This document shows, in pieces, positions 1 through 8,184 of a stretch of DNA of 64,000 nt. The translations under genes and the position numbers were made by a program. How positions within the stretch are numbered: the first letter of the stretch is position 1; every line of letters begins with the position of its first letter. Below the pieces are notes generated by a model. The model was given only the letters and a program-made list of their open reading frames with translations. It was not told the origin of the DNA and made no database searches. The stretch comes from Oscillospiraceae bacterium (lineage in GTDB: Bacteria > Bacillota > Clostridia > Oscillospirales > Oscillospiraceae), in NCBI GenBank assembly GCA_017410425.1, contig JAFQQV010000060.1:921-64920 (forward strand), read 5' to 3'.

Positions 1-680
1 ATGGCGGAAATATAATCTGCATGAAAAAACGCCTGGAGTGGCGCGGCATAAAAGCAGAAATTACAAATCTAAAAATTGGTGAGAATAGTTCTCTTGCAGA
101 TTTTGACTTGTTCTTCATGGGCGGTGGCCAGGACTTTGAACAGGAGGTGCTGCTTGCTGATCTGCACAGAGGAAAAGACAAAAGTATTATCTCTGCCATT
201 GAGGATGGAAAAACATTCCTCACAGTATGCGGCGGATATCAGATGCTGGGCTATTATTATGAAAATCAGGCAGGAGTCCGTTGCGAATTTTTGGGTGCAA
301 TAGATTTTTATACAAAGAGCAAACCAGGCAGATTGATTGGAAACTATTCTTTCCGTTGCTACCAGATTTCGGGCGGAAGTACTGTGCTTGGCTTTGAAAA
401 CCATAGCGGAAGAACTTACCTTGGCCCGGATGCATCTCCGCTTGGAAAAGTTATAAATGGATTTGGTAATAACGGAGAGGATAAGACCGAGGGCGTAAGA
501 TATAAAAATGTGTTTGGCACCTACAGCCATGGCCCGGTATTACCGAAAAATCCGGAATTGTGCGATTTTATACTGAAAACAGCCCTTGAGCATAAATACG
601 GTAAGTGCCAGCTTTCAAGCCTTGACGATGATGCAGAGCACCGTGCTCATGCGGCTATCGCCAGAAAGATGATGTATTAA
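1..680 (+). CDS. gatD: Lipid II isoglutaminyl synthase glutaminase subunit GatD (CobQ-type glutamine amidotransferase); 5' end lies off the window
   Basis: ORF 21..680, but the frame stays open back to base 3 (..GNIIC-MKKRLEWRG), so the real start is upstream. Carries the GATase nucleophile elbow TVCGGYQMLG plus GFENHSGRTY and GTYSHGPVLPKN motifs typical of MurT-partner GatD. Confidence 0.75.
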   Translation, partial: GGNIICMKKRLEWRGIKAEITNLKIGENSSLADFDLFFMGGGQDFEQEVLLADLHRGKDKSIISAIEDGKTFLTVCGGYQMLGYYYENQAGVRCEFLGAIDFYTKSKPGRLIGNYSFRCYQISGGSTVLGFENHSGRTYLGPDASPLGKVINGFGNNGEDKTEGVRYKNVFGTYSHGPVLPKNPELCDFILKTALEHKYGKCQLSSLDDDAEHRAHAAIARKMMY

Positions 681-698
681 GCATATAAATTACATAAG

Positions 699-737
699 AA
701 AAGCCCTATCCAAAAGGATAGGGCTTTTCAATTTGGT
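699..737. repeat. Distal copy of a 39 bp perfect direct repeat (aaaagccctatccaaaaggatagggcttttcaatttggt); putative att site of the ssrA islet
   Basis: Read directly: 699..737 is identical to 3179..3217. The flanks diverge upstream; downstream, after a 1-nt offset, both copies continue with ggag. Confidence 0.9.
702..729 (+). terminator. Rho-independent terminator hairpin after gatD (lies inside the repeat)
   Basis: agccctatcc-aaaa-ggatagggct stem followed by TTTT; A-run on the other side. Confidence 0.65.
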
Positions 738-807
738 CGGAGTGTAATTATGGGGTTTAAATAAACCCAGTAAAATCAATGGTTTACAGGTTTTTAGTTT
801 GAGGGGA

Positions 808-2592
808 TTAGTATAGTAAATATTTGTCTAACAAATTAGATATCGATTCATAGGTGTTATATGTATATTTTATTTCAATCAGCTTAAAACCGAGTTTTTT
901 TGCAAAGCTATGTTTTCTGCGGTCGTGCTCTACTTGTCTCTTGAATTGAATTTCACCACCAAAAAAATCACATGCTTGAAAATGTTGAATACCTTGATAT
1001 TCGATAAGAATGTATGTGTTTTCCCCGGTTGGGATAGCAAAATCATATGATAGCAAACCATTGCGCGTGCCATACAATGAATCAAAAGTTTTTTGATAAA
1101 AATACTTTATTTTATGATTATCTAAATATTTTCTAACAAGTTGTTCACCGTTGGATTGCTCTATGTATGGACAGCCAGCGTTGTTATATGTGCGGTCAAT
1201 GATTGACGCTTTCCATTCAAAAGTATAGTGTTCTCCTGTTTTAGGGTTAGTGTATGGTAACAGCCACCAAACCTTCTTATTGCTTCCCGCTGTAACATTT
1301 GTCGGTTTCAAACTTTGATTTTTTTCAAAATGCCATTCTTTTGCGAGTTCCGGATGAGTAGTTGACAAATCATTAAAGCCCTCTAAAACCGCTTTTCCGG
1401 AAATATATGGACATCCTGTGTTATCAGCCGTTCGATATGCAATTCTAGCTTGCCACTCAAAATCAAAGTGCTTTCCCGTTTTAGGATCATCATATGGCAA
1501 ATACCACCAAACGTTGTTCATACTATATTCGAGGACGTGGCTTGGTAATAGTTTTCCATTTTTCCGTGGATGCCATTGAGCTGCTAAACTAGGTCTTCTT
1601 GTTAATAAATCGTTGAAACCAGGCCATGCTGCGGCGTTATTTAGAAAAGGACAGTCTGCAGATTTGTTTGCCCTGTTATTGATGTTGGCTTCCCATTCAA
1701 AGTCAAAATGTTTTCCTGAAATTGGGTCATCATACGGTAACATCCACCAAACTTTTTTATTCATACCAGCTGAGACATCACTTGGGGTTAGACCGTGGTT
1801 TTTGGTGGGATGCCATTCTTTGGCTAGCTCTGGATGGGTTGTTGCTAAATCATTATATCCTATGAATAATGCTTTTCCTGAAATGTAAGGACAATTCCGC
1901 CCCTCGCTTCTATGTACAATGGTATCCTCCCATTCAAAATCAAAGTGTTTTCCTGTTTTTGAGTCATCATAGGGAAGGTACCACCAGACTTTTTTTCTGC
2001 TTCCTGCTGAAAAATTTATTGGCTTTAGCTTTCCGTTCTTAGTAGGATGCCACTGCTTAGCAAGTTCGGGATGAGTTGTTTCCAAGTCGTTAAAACCATT
2101 CCATACTTCTTTTCCTACTAGGTATGGACAAGTGTGTCCGTTGGTACGATAATAAACTTTAGCTTCCCATTCGAAATCAAAGTGCTTTCCAGTTGTTGGG
2201 TCATCATATGGCAACAACCACCATACTTTTTTTGCACTTTTTGATGTAACATCAGATGGTTGCAAAGTTCCGTTTTTGGTAGGGTGCCATTGCTTGGATA
2301 CTTCAGGAAATCGGGTTTGAAGATCATTAAACCCACGCCAAAGTGCTCTGCCAGAAAGAAACGGACAATTCTGGTTATGCTTTGTTCTATTTATTACTGC
2401 CATTTCCCATTCAAAATCAAAATGATTTCCTGTGATAGGATCGTCATAAGGGAGATACCACCAGACTTTTTTTCTACTTCCAGAAGTAATTTCTGTTGGT
2501 TTAAGATTCCCGTTTTTAGTAGGATGCCACTCTTTTATCAATTCTGGGTTTGTAGTGGACAAATCATTGAAACCGATCTCAATCCTAGTCAT
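808..2592 (-). CDS. Six tandem degenerate treble-clef (DUF4379-like 'probable zinc-ribbon') repeats fused to a C-terminal Vsr/DUF559-like PD-(D/E)xK nuclease-fold domain
   Basis: ORF 808..2655. Preferred start is ATG 2592 (MTRIEIGFNDL), with AGGAGA at 2605-2610. Six 74-80 aa repeats follow the pattern (F/Y)NDLxTxxPxLxxxWHPxKNxxLxP..KKVWWxLPYDDPxTGKHFDFEWE..CP(Y/F). The C-terminal ~115 aa carry GEQLVRKYL..LSYDF..ILIEYQGIQH..HDRRK..KLIEIKY. Confidence 0.8.
   Translation of the reverse strand: MTRIEIGFNDLSTTNPELIKEWHPTKNGNLKPTEITSGSRKKVWWYLPYDDPITGNHFDFEWEMAVINRTKHNQNCPFLSGRALWRGFNDLQTRFPEVSKQWHPTKNGTLQPSDVTSKSAKKVWWLLPYDDPTTGKHFDFEWEAKVYYRTNGHTCPYLVGKEVWNGFNDLETTHPELAKQWHPTKNGKLKPINFSAGSRKKVWWYLPYDDSKTGKHFDFEWEDTIVHRSEGRNCPYISGKALFIGYNDLATTHPELAKEWHPTKNHGLTPSDVSAGMNKKVWWMLPYDDPISGKHFDFEWEANINNRANKSADCPFLNNAAAWPGFNDLLTRRPSLAAQWHPRKNGKLLPSHVLEYSMNNVWWYLPYDDPKTGKHFDFEWQARIAYRTADNTGCPYISGKAVLEGFNDLSTTHPELAKEWHFEKNQSLKPTNVTAGSNKKVWWLLPYTNPKTGEHYTFEWKASIIDRTYNNAGCPYIEQSNGEQLVRKYLDNHKIKYFYQKTFDSLYGTRNGLLSYDFAIPTGENTYILIEYQGIQHFQACDFFGGEIQFKRQVEHDRRKHSFAKKLGFKLIEIKYTYNTYESISNLLDKYLLY
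1156..2571 (-). repeat. Coding tandem repeat array, six units of about 237 bp
   Basis: Protein-level periodicity of 80, 79, 79, 80, 80 and 74 aa, counted from the ORF translation. Confidence 0.85.
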
Positions 2593-2691
2593 AAAAATAA
2601 TGGTTCTCCTTATTGGTAGAGCATAAATTTTCCTTATTGCAAGAAACAACAACATCAGCTTTCAAAATATTATCTAATGTTATATTTAATA

Positions 2692-2719
2692 ATTATAACA
2701 AAACACGACAAATCGTCAA
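2692..2719 (-). promoter_or_regulatory. Sigma-A-type promoter for the repeat-nuclease gene
   Basis: Minus strand reads TTGACG (2719-2714), a 16 nt spacer, then TATAAT (2697-2692), about 100 nt upstream of ATG 2592. Confidence 0.5.
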
Positions 2720-2837
2720 CAGAATCAATTAGATGAACAAAAAGATGTTTTTTGTTCGACATAGAGTAAAATTGAAAGTCTGTTCGTAGAAATAAAGTGT
2801 TAGTTGTTTTTTCTTTGATAACAATAATGTAACACAG

Positions 2838-3155
2838 TGGGGAATCGACCTGCGCTGCGGCGCAGGCCGGGTCGCGGCTCTGATATCCGCTTTGCCACAA
2901 TTACCATTTCTGCTTCACTTTCGTTCGCCGAAATGGTGTGGCTGCAGAAATTGCCCGTCGGCTCAATCTGCCACTGGCAGTGCCAACAGGCAATTCCCCC
3001 GGCACGTCATTCACTACCGCTCGTGTTTGAGCAGACGAGATGGGAGGGAATCGCTTGCATTCTTTTTGCAAACAAAAAGAATATATGTATTCACCGGTGT
3101 GGGCACCGGTTCATGCAAGCCCCACCGGGGCTTGCGGACATGATTCGATTCCCCA
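2838..3155. ncRNA. Candidate structured RNA or DNA element of unknown family (strand undetermined)
   Basis: A GC-rich block inside the AT-rich islet. An 11 bp closing stem pairs tggggaatcga (2838-2848) with tcgattcccca (3145-3155). At least seven internal hairpins: 2849-2866, 2904-2936, 2949-2995 (inner 2968-2980), 3020-3039, 3059-3082, 3093-3110 and 3115-3135. The only ORFs here have improbable composition. Confidence 0.4.
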
Positions 3156-3178
3156 GCACCCCTGTCTATGCCAAATCA

Positions 3179-3217
3179 AAAAGCCCTATCCAAAAGGATA
3201 GGGCTTTTCAATTTGGT
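3179..3217. repeat. ssrA-proximal copy of the 39 bp direct repeat
   Basis: Identical to 699..737. It covers the last 4 nt of tmRNA (ACCA) and the ssrA terminator. Confidence 0.9.
3182..3209 (-). terminator. ssrA rho-independent terminator
   Basis: Same hairpin as at 702-729. On the minus strand it is followed by TTTTTGATTT. Confidence 0.7.
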
Positions 3218-3562
3218 GGAGATGGGGGGAGTCGAACCCCCGTCCGAAAGCACTTTAACAGAAACTTCTCCGGGCGCAGACGGTTATTTACATTCCCTCA
3301 TCCAGGCGGGAATCGTCACCCTCAAGGAATCAGTAGCTTCATGATGCGTGGAACGCTCAAAGCTTTGCGAACTCACGTTCACCACTAATCGACGCCCCAT
3401 CCCGGGCCGTGGTACTCCCGGGTGGAACGCTCGCTATTATGCAGCGAGGAGAACAGACTTGTTGTTGTTCTTTAATTTATAAGTTTTACCCATTTTAAGG
3501 ATGTTAGGCGCATCCGCCCGCTATTCCTGCCTCCACACCCCCGTCGAAACCTTTACATCCCC
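3214..3562 (-). ncRNA. ssrA: tmRNA (transfer-messenger RNA)
   Basis: The minus strand starts GGGGATGTAAAGGTTTCGACGGGGG and ends GGGGGTTCGACTCCCCCCATCTCCACCA. The internal tag frame GGT AAA ACT TAT AAA TTA AAG AAC AAC AAC AAG TCT GTT CTC CTC GCT GCA TAA TAG gives (A)GKTYKLKNNNKSVLLAA. smpB lies upstream on the same strand. Confidence 0.93.
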
Positions 3563-3633
3563 ATATAGCCCACCGCGAACTGCGGTGGGGGATAGATAAG
3601 TCAGGACGCTGATATATCAGCAGTGTATTGAAA

Positions 3634-4152
3634 TCAGACCTTCTCAGGTTCAGGATACTCCATGCCGAAAGTCTCAACAGTGACTTTCTTCATGACCTGG
3701 GGAGTACGGGGCTTGTCGTTGTAGTCGGTGCGGACGCGGCAAATCTGGTCCACAACTTCGATACCCTCAATGACCTTGCCGAAGGCTGCATACTGACCGT
3801 CCAGGTGGGGGGCATCCTCATGCATTACAAAGAACTGGCTGCCGGCGCTGTTGGGCATCATGGAACGTGCCATGGACAGGACGCCGCGCTCATGCAGCAG
3901 GGGGTTGTTGAAGCCGTTCATCTTGAACTCGCCGCGGATGGAGTATTCGGGACCGCCCATGCCGTTGCCGAGGGGATCGCCGCCCTGAATCATGAAGCCG
4001 GGGATAACGCGGTGGAAAATCAGACCATCGTAAAAGCCCTTGGAAACAAGGGAGACAAAGTTGTTGACGGTGTTGGGAGCAAGCTCGGGATAGAGCTCAG
4101 CCTTCATGATGCTGCCATCTTCCATTTCAAAGGTAACAATAGGATTGCTCAT
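3634..4152 (-). CDS. ppiB: Peptidyl-prolyl cis-trans isomerase, cyclophilin type
   Basis: FHRVIPGFMIQGGDP and SMARS..NSAGSQFF cyclophilin signatures; 172 aa. Confidence 0.9.
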   Translation of the reverse strand: MSNPIVTFEMEDGSIMKAELYPELAPNTVNNFVSLVSKGFYDGLIFHRVIPGFMIQGGDPLGNGMGGPEYSIRGEFKMNGFNNPLLHERGVLSMARSMMPNSAGSQFFVMHEDAPHLDGQYAAFGKVIEGIEVVDQICRVRTDYNDKPRTPQVMKKVTVETFGMEYPEPEKV

Positions 4153-4628
4153 CAGTAGTTCCTCTCTTTCATAGCTCTGTCGATATCGCGCTTGGACTGG
4201 CGGTCAGCCTCGCTGTCCCGCTTGTCATGCAGCTTTTTGCCCTTGCACAGGCCCAGCTCAACCTTTACACGGCTGTCCTTGAAGTACAGGGACAGGGGGA
4301 TGAGAGCTACGCCGTCCTGCATGACGCGGGCGTGAAGCTTAAGAATCTCACGCTTGTGCATCAGCAAACGTCTGGGGCGCACAGGGTCTTTGTTGAAGAT
4401 ATTGCCGTGCTCATAGGGGCTTATGTGCATGCTGCGCAGGAAAAGCTCACCATCCTTAACGGTGCAGAAGCTGTCCTTCATGTTCACCTGGCCGGCCCTG
4501 ATGGACTTGACCTCGGTGCCTGCAAGCTCAATACCGGCTTCATAGCGCTCCAGCACGAAATATTCATGAAAAGCTTTGCGGTTTTTTGCTATTTCTTTTG
4601 TTCCGCTCTGTTTGGCCACCGGTCTCAC
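4152..4628 (-). CDS. smpB: SsrA-binding protein SmpB
   Basis: KNRKAFHEYFVLERYEAGIELAGTEVKSIR and the C-terminal basic tail are typical of SmpB. Its stop overlaps the ppiB start. Confidence 0.92.
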   Translation of the reverse strand: MRPVAKQSGTKEIAKNRKAFHEYFVLERYEAGIELAGTEVKSIRAGQVNMKDSFCTVKDGELFLRSMHISPYEHGNIFNKDPVRPRRLLMHKREILKLHARVMQDGVALIPLSLYFKDSRVKVELGLCKGKKLHDKRDSEADRQSKRDIDRAMKERNY

Positions 4629-4894
4629 TTCCTTTGCCTGCCTGCATTATTTGCCGCACCTTGGCACAGCGGGATTCATTATATCACAGCCATGACCATA
4701 ATGAAAGAATAATTTGTAAAATCTTGGCCGGAGGCTGCCAGACGGGGCTGCAAGAGGGGGGTGCGGACTATATTTCAAAAATAATTTAATTCTACTTACA
4801 AAAATGGTGGAAATCCTCAAAAGCCTGTGTTATACTAAATTACCGAATTATGTAAATCAAATTGCTTATATAGATTGGAACGGAGTGTTGCTCT

Positions 4895-5437
4895 ATGGAA
4901 CTTGTTGAAACCAAGGTATCAAGCGAACTTAAGTTCAGCGGAAAGATTCTTAAACTCACTGTTGATGATGTGCTGCTGGCTGACGGAAGCCCTGCAAAGA
5001 GGGAAGTGATCCATCATCCCGGCGGTGTGGGCATTCTGCCTGTCGATGATGAGGGTATGTGCTACATGGTGCGCCAGTTCCGTTATCCCACTGAGCAGGC
5101 TGTGCTGGAGATCCCTGCCGGAAAGCTGGAGTGGGGTGAAGACCACTATGCCTGCGCTGTTCGTGAGCTGTCTGAGGAGACGGGTTTCAGCGCTGATAAT
5201 TATGTGTATCTGGGCTATTTTTATCCCACTCCCGCCTATGATACCGAGCGTATCCATGTCTACCTTGCCACCGGCCTGCATGCAGGTGAGCGCCATCTGG
5301 ACGAGGGCGAATTTCTGAACATTGAGAAGATCAGCCTTGATGAACTTCACGCAATGGCTATGGAAGGCTCCATCATCGATGCAAAGACTCTTGTTGCTGT
5401 GCTGAAAGCACGCCTGTATCTTGAGGCTAAGAAATAA
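4895..5437 (+). CDS. NUDIX hydrolase (ADP-ribose pyrophosphatase-like)
   Basis: Nudix box GKLEWGEDHYACAVRELSEETGF. Confidence 0.8.
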   Translation: MELVETKVSSELKFSGKILKLTVDDVLLADGSPAKREVIHHPGGVGILPVDDEGMCYMVRQFRYPTEQAVLEIPAGKLEWGEDHYACAVRELSEETGFSADNYVYLGYFYPTPAYDTERIHVYLATGLHAGERHLDEGEFLNIEKISLDELHAMAMEGSIIDAKTLVAVLKARLYLEAKK

Positions 5438-5527
5438 AACAGTTGCCATTTATACATATATGTGGTAACATTTTAACTTGGTGAGTCCTGTTCAGGCCTT
5501 GCCTTAAGTCATTGAAAGGTGTTTATC

Positions 5528-6832
5528 GTGGAAAAATATGTTATAAACGGCGGCAAGAAACTGCAGGGTGAGGTAGAAATCAGCGGTGCAAAGAACGCAG
5601 CTGTTGCCATTATCCCCGCAGCTCTCCTGGTTGACGGAGTCTGCTGCATTGAAAATATGCCTCAGATAAGCGATACTGATATGCTCCTTACCATCCTGAA
5701 GGATCTGGGCGCAAAGGTCAGACTTATCAATAAATCCACTGTTGAGATTGACTGCACTGACGTGCATAATGGTGATGCTCCATACGATCTTATGCGTAAG
5801 ATCAGAGCATCCTACTACCTTATCGGTGCAATGCTGGGCCGCTTTGGTGCAGCCAAGACCACTATGCCCGGCGGCTGCAATTTTGGCGTTCGTCCCATTG
5901 ACCAGCATATCAAGGGCATGACCGCGCTGGGCGCAGAAGTGGAAGTCAAAAACGGCTTTGTCTATGCTGAGACCCGCGACGGCAAGCTCCATGGCACCCG
6001 TATTTATCTTGACAAGGTTTCCGTTGGTGCAACCATGAATATCATAATTGCTGCTGCTCTTGCACAGGGCCGCACCATTATTGAGAATGCTGCACGCGAG
6101 CCCCATATTGTTGACCTTGCAAATTTCCTCAACTCCATGGGTGCAGATATTCGCGGCGCCGGCACTGATACTGTTAAGATCAACGGCGTTGAAAAGCTGC
6201 ATGGCGGTACTTATGCCATTATCCCTGACCAGATTGAAGCCGGCACCTATATGGTTGCAGCAGCAGCCACCGGCGGTGAGGTTCTGGTCAAGAACGTTAT
6301 CCCCCGTCATCTGGAGTGCATCAGCGCAAAGCTGCGTGAGACAGGTACCATTGTCCAGGAATACGGCGATTCTGTCTACATCAAGGGTGCAAGCAATCTG
6401 CGCCGCACCAATGTGAAGACCCTGCCTTACCCCGGCTTCCCCACGGATATGCAGCCCCCTATGTGCGTGCTGCTTGCCTTGGCAGAGGGCACCTCTGTTA
6501 TGACTGAGGGCGTTTATGATGACCGTTTCAAGTACGTTAACGAACTGCGCAAGATGGGCGCTGAGGTAACTGTGGACGGCAGAGTTGCAGTTATTGAGGG
6601 CGGCAAGCCTCTCACCGGTGCTCCTGTCCATGCCTGTGACCTGCGCGCAGGCGCTGCCATGGTAACTGCGGGCCTTTGCGCCAGCGGCACCACCGTGGTT
6701 GAGGATATTCACTTTATTGAGCGCGGCTATGAAAACTTTGTGGGCAAGCTCAGGGCTCTCGGCGCTGATATCAGCCTCGTGAACTTCCCTGAAGAGCCTG
6801 ACAATGCTGATAAAGTAATTGCTATAGGATAA
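5528..6832 (+). CDS. murA: UDP-N-acetylglucosamine 1-carboxyvinyltransferase (paralogue 1)
   Basis: [10 protein letters not shown] and the active-site loop [14 protein letters not shown]. The ORF opens at GTG 5519, but GTG 5528 sits behind GAAAGGTG and gives MEKYVINGG. Confidence 0.9.
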   Translation: MEKYVINGGKKLQGEVEISGAKNAAVAIIPAALLVDGVCCIENMPQISDTDMLLTILKDLGAKVRLINKSTVEIDCTDVHNGDAPYDLMRKIRASYYLIGAMLGRFGAAKTTMPGGCNFGVRPIDQHIKGMTALGAEVEVKNGFVYAETRDGKLHGTRIYLDKVSVGATMNIIIAAALAQGRTIIENAAREPHIVDLANFLNSMGADIRGAGTDTVKINGVEKLHGGTYAIIPDQIEAGTYMVAAAATGGEVLVKNVIPRHLECISAKLRETGTIVQEYGDSVYIKGASNLRRTNVKTLPYPGFPTDMQPPMCVLLALAEGTSVMTEGVYDDRFKYVNELRKMGAEVTVDGRVAVIEGGKPLTGAPVHACDLRAGAAMVTAGLCASGTTVVEDIHFIERGYENFVGKLRALGADISLVNFPEEPDNADKVIAIG

Positions 6833-6835
6833 AAA

Positions 6836-7621
6836 ATGAAGATTGCTGTTTTTGCCAGTGGTTCCGGCGGCAACTGTATGTTGCTTTCCCATAAGGATTC
6901 TCATATTTTGATCGACGCCGGAATCTCAATGCGCAGGATTGAAACATCTTTGCGCAGCCAGGGCCTTACAGTTAATGACATCGGCGGAGTGCTCATAACA
7001 CATGAGCACTCCGATCATATTTCAGGGCTTAAAATGCTTCTCAAGCACCATGGGGTTGAGGTTTTTGCACCCCGCACCGTGGCGGCAAGACTTCGCGGCA
7101 TGCTTCCTGAAATCGAGGATCATCTTACTGTTCTGCCTGTGGGCATAGAATTTAAGCTTGGAGAATTTACTGTCAGGGCCTTCCACACACCCCATGACAC
7201 GGATGAGAGCGTGGGTTACAGGATTGAGGGAGGCGGCAGCTTTGCCCTTGCAACGGACATGGGCTGCGTTACTGATGAGGTGCTCTCCGGGCTCCTGGGC
7301 GCTAATACTGTACTAATAGAGTCAAATCACGATGTTGCAATGCTCTGTGACGGGCCTTATCCGGTGCAGCTTAAGCGACGTATTCTGTCAAACCACGGTC
7401 ATCTTTCCAATGTGGACTGTGCAAGACTTGTAAGGCACCTTGCCGACAGGGGAACCCGCCGCGTTATATTGGGGCATCTGAGCAAGGAAAACAATCGCCC
7501 CGGTATTGCCATGGCGGAAAACGGCCATGCGCTTATGGGCAGCGGAGCAGAGCTTTTCTGCGCGCCGGTGTTCGGCTGTCTGGAACTTGAAACTGAGGAG
7601 GATTTGCAATGCTTGCTGTAA
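6836..7621 (+). CDS. MBL-fold metallo-hydrolase (YycJ-like)
   Basis: THEHSDH (HxHxDH) motif; 261 aa. Confidence 0.8.
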   Translation: MKIAVFASGSGGNCMLLSHKDSHILIDAGISMRRIETSLRSQGLTVNDIGGVLITHEHSDHISGLKMLLKHHGVEVFAPRTVAARLRGMLPEIEDHLTVLPVGIEFKLGEFTVRAFHTPHDTDESVGYRIEGGGSFALATDMGCVTDEVLSGLLGANTVLIESNHDVAMLCDGPYPVQLKRRILSNHGHLSNVDCARLVRHLADRGTRRVILGHLSKENNRPGIAMAENGHALMGSGAELFCAPVFGCLELETEEDLQCLL

Positions 7622-8091
7622 AGTTTATCTGCGTTGGTCGCATGAGAGAAAAGTTTTATATCGAGGCTTTTTCTGAATATACAAAGCGGCTGCAGAGCCT
7701 TTGCAAGTTTGAAATTGTTGAGCCTGCGGAGCAGCGCCTGAGCGAGAATCCCTCCGACAAGGAGATAAAATCCGCACTTGATAGGGAGGCTCAGGACATC
7801 ATGAAGGCCATTCCCAACGATGCTTATGTGGTTGCCATGTGCGTTGAGGGCAAGCAGATGCCCAGCGAAGGTATGGGCGAGCTTATCGCTGCCAGGGAGA
7901 ACTCAGGCAAGCCCAGACTTTGCTTCGTTATCGGCGGCAGCTTTGGCCTTGCCGACAGTGTAAAGGCCAGAGCAGACATGAAGCTCAGTATGTCCCAAAT
8001 GACATTTCCCCATCATCTGGCCCGTGTTATGCTCATAGAGCAGCTGTACAGAGGCTTCAAAATTAACGAAGGCTCCAGATACCACAAGTAA
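7609..8091 (+). CDS. rlmH: 23S rRNA (pseudouridine1915-N3)-methyltransferase
   Basis: About 160 aa, SPOUT family, with KFICVGRMREKF..YTKRL and a C-terminal knot region; typical RlmH size and sequence. Confidence 0.88.
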   Translation: MLAVKFICVGRMREKFYIEAFSEYTKRLQSLCKFEIVEPAEQRLSENPSDKEIKSALDREAQDIMKAIPNDAYVVAMCVEGKQMPSEGMGELIAARENSGKPRLCFVIGGSFGLADSVKARADMKLSMSQMTFPHHLARVMLIEQLYRGFKINEGSRYHK

Positions 8092-8184
8092 AATTTCGTG
8101 CATTTTGCCTTGAAAGTGGAAGTAACTGGTGCTATACTAGCAATGATATTATGCACAATAGCGCAGACTGGAGGCGAGGCAATT

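Larger units (their letters stand above)
738..3178. mobile_element. Integrase-less genomic islet inserted at the 3' end/terminator of ssrA
   Basis: Bracketed by the 39 bp direct repeats. The gene-containing part is visibly AT-rich relative to its neighbours, and the contents are unrelated to the flanking gatD/ssrA functions. Confidence 0.6.

Noticed and set aside
1156-2571. Regular ~237 bp periodic repeats that could superficially suggest a CRISPR-like or satellite array.
   Set aside because: The periodicity is in-frame and lies inside one long ORF with conserved amino-acid repeats. There is no short repeat/unique spacer organisation. No CRISPR array is present anywhere in the window.
2966-2982. 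GCCACTGG inside the GC-rich islet element resembles part of the cobalamin-riboswitch core.
   Set aside because: No GGGAA..GGTGAAA.TCC or B12-box context exists on either strand. The match is a short palindrome (ctgcc-act-ggcag) that forms a simple hairpin.
2837-3388. ORFs 2837..3388 (+), 2892..3143 (+) and 2670..2900 (-) in the ssrA islet.
   Set aside because: The first runs straight through the tmRNA gene. All three have Arg/Pro/Cys-rich or junk composition and no ribosome-binding site. The region is better explained by the hairpin-rich GC block and the AT-rich promoter region.
5504-6904. Long antisense ORFs opposite well-supported genes: 5504..6904, 8544..9893, 17326..18480, 23920..25134, 30723..31748, 33296..34228, 36318..37703, 42879..44321, 46330..47292, 48833..50245, 51954..53087 and 56310..57902.
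   Set aside because: Each lies entirely opposite a gene with unmistakable conserved motifs (murA, the phosphohexomutase, mutS2, coaD, mraY, murG, ftsZ, ugd, asnA, the CdaR-type regulator, the M23 peptidase, lysS). Their translations are low-complexity (Ala/Gly/Cys/Leu/His-rich) with no recognisable motifs or ribosome-binding sites. These are shadow ORFs, typical of codon-biased sequence.
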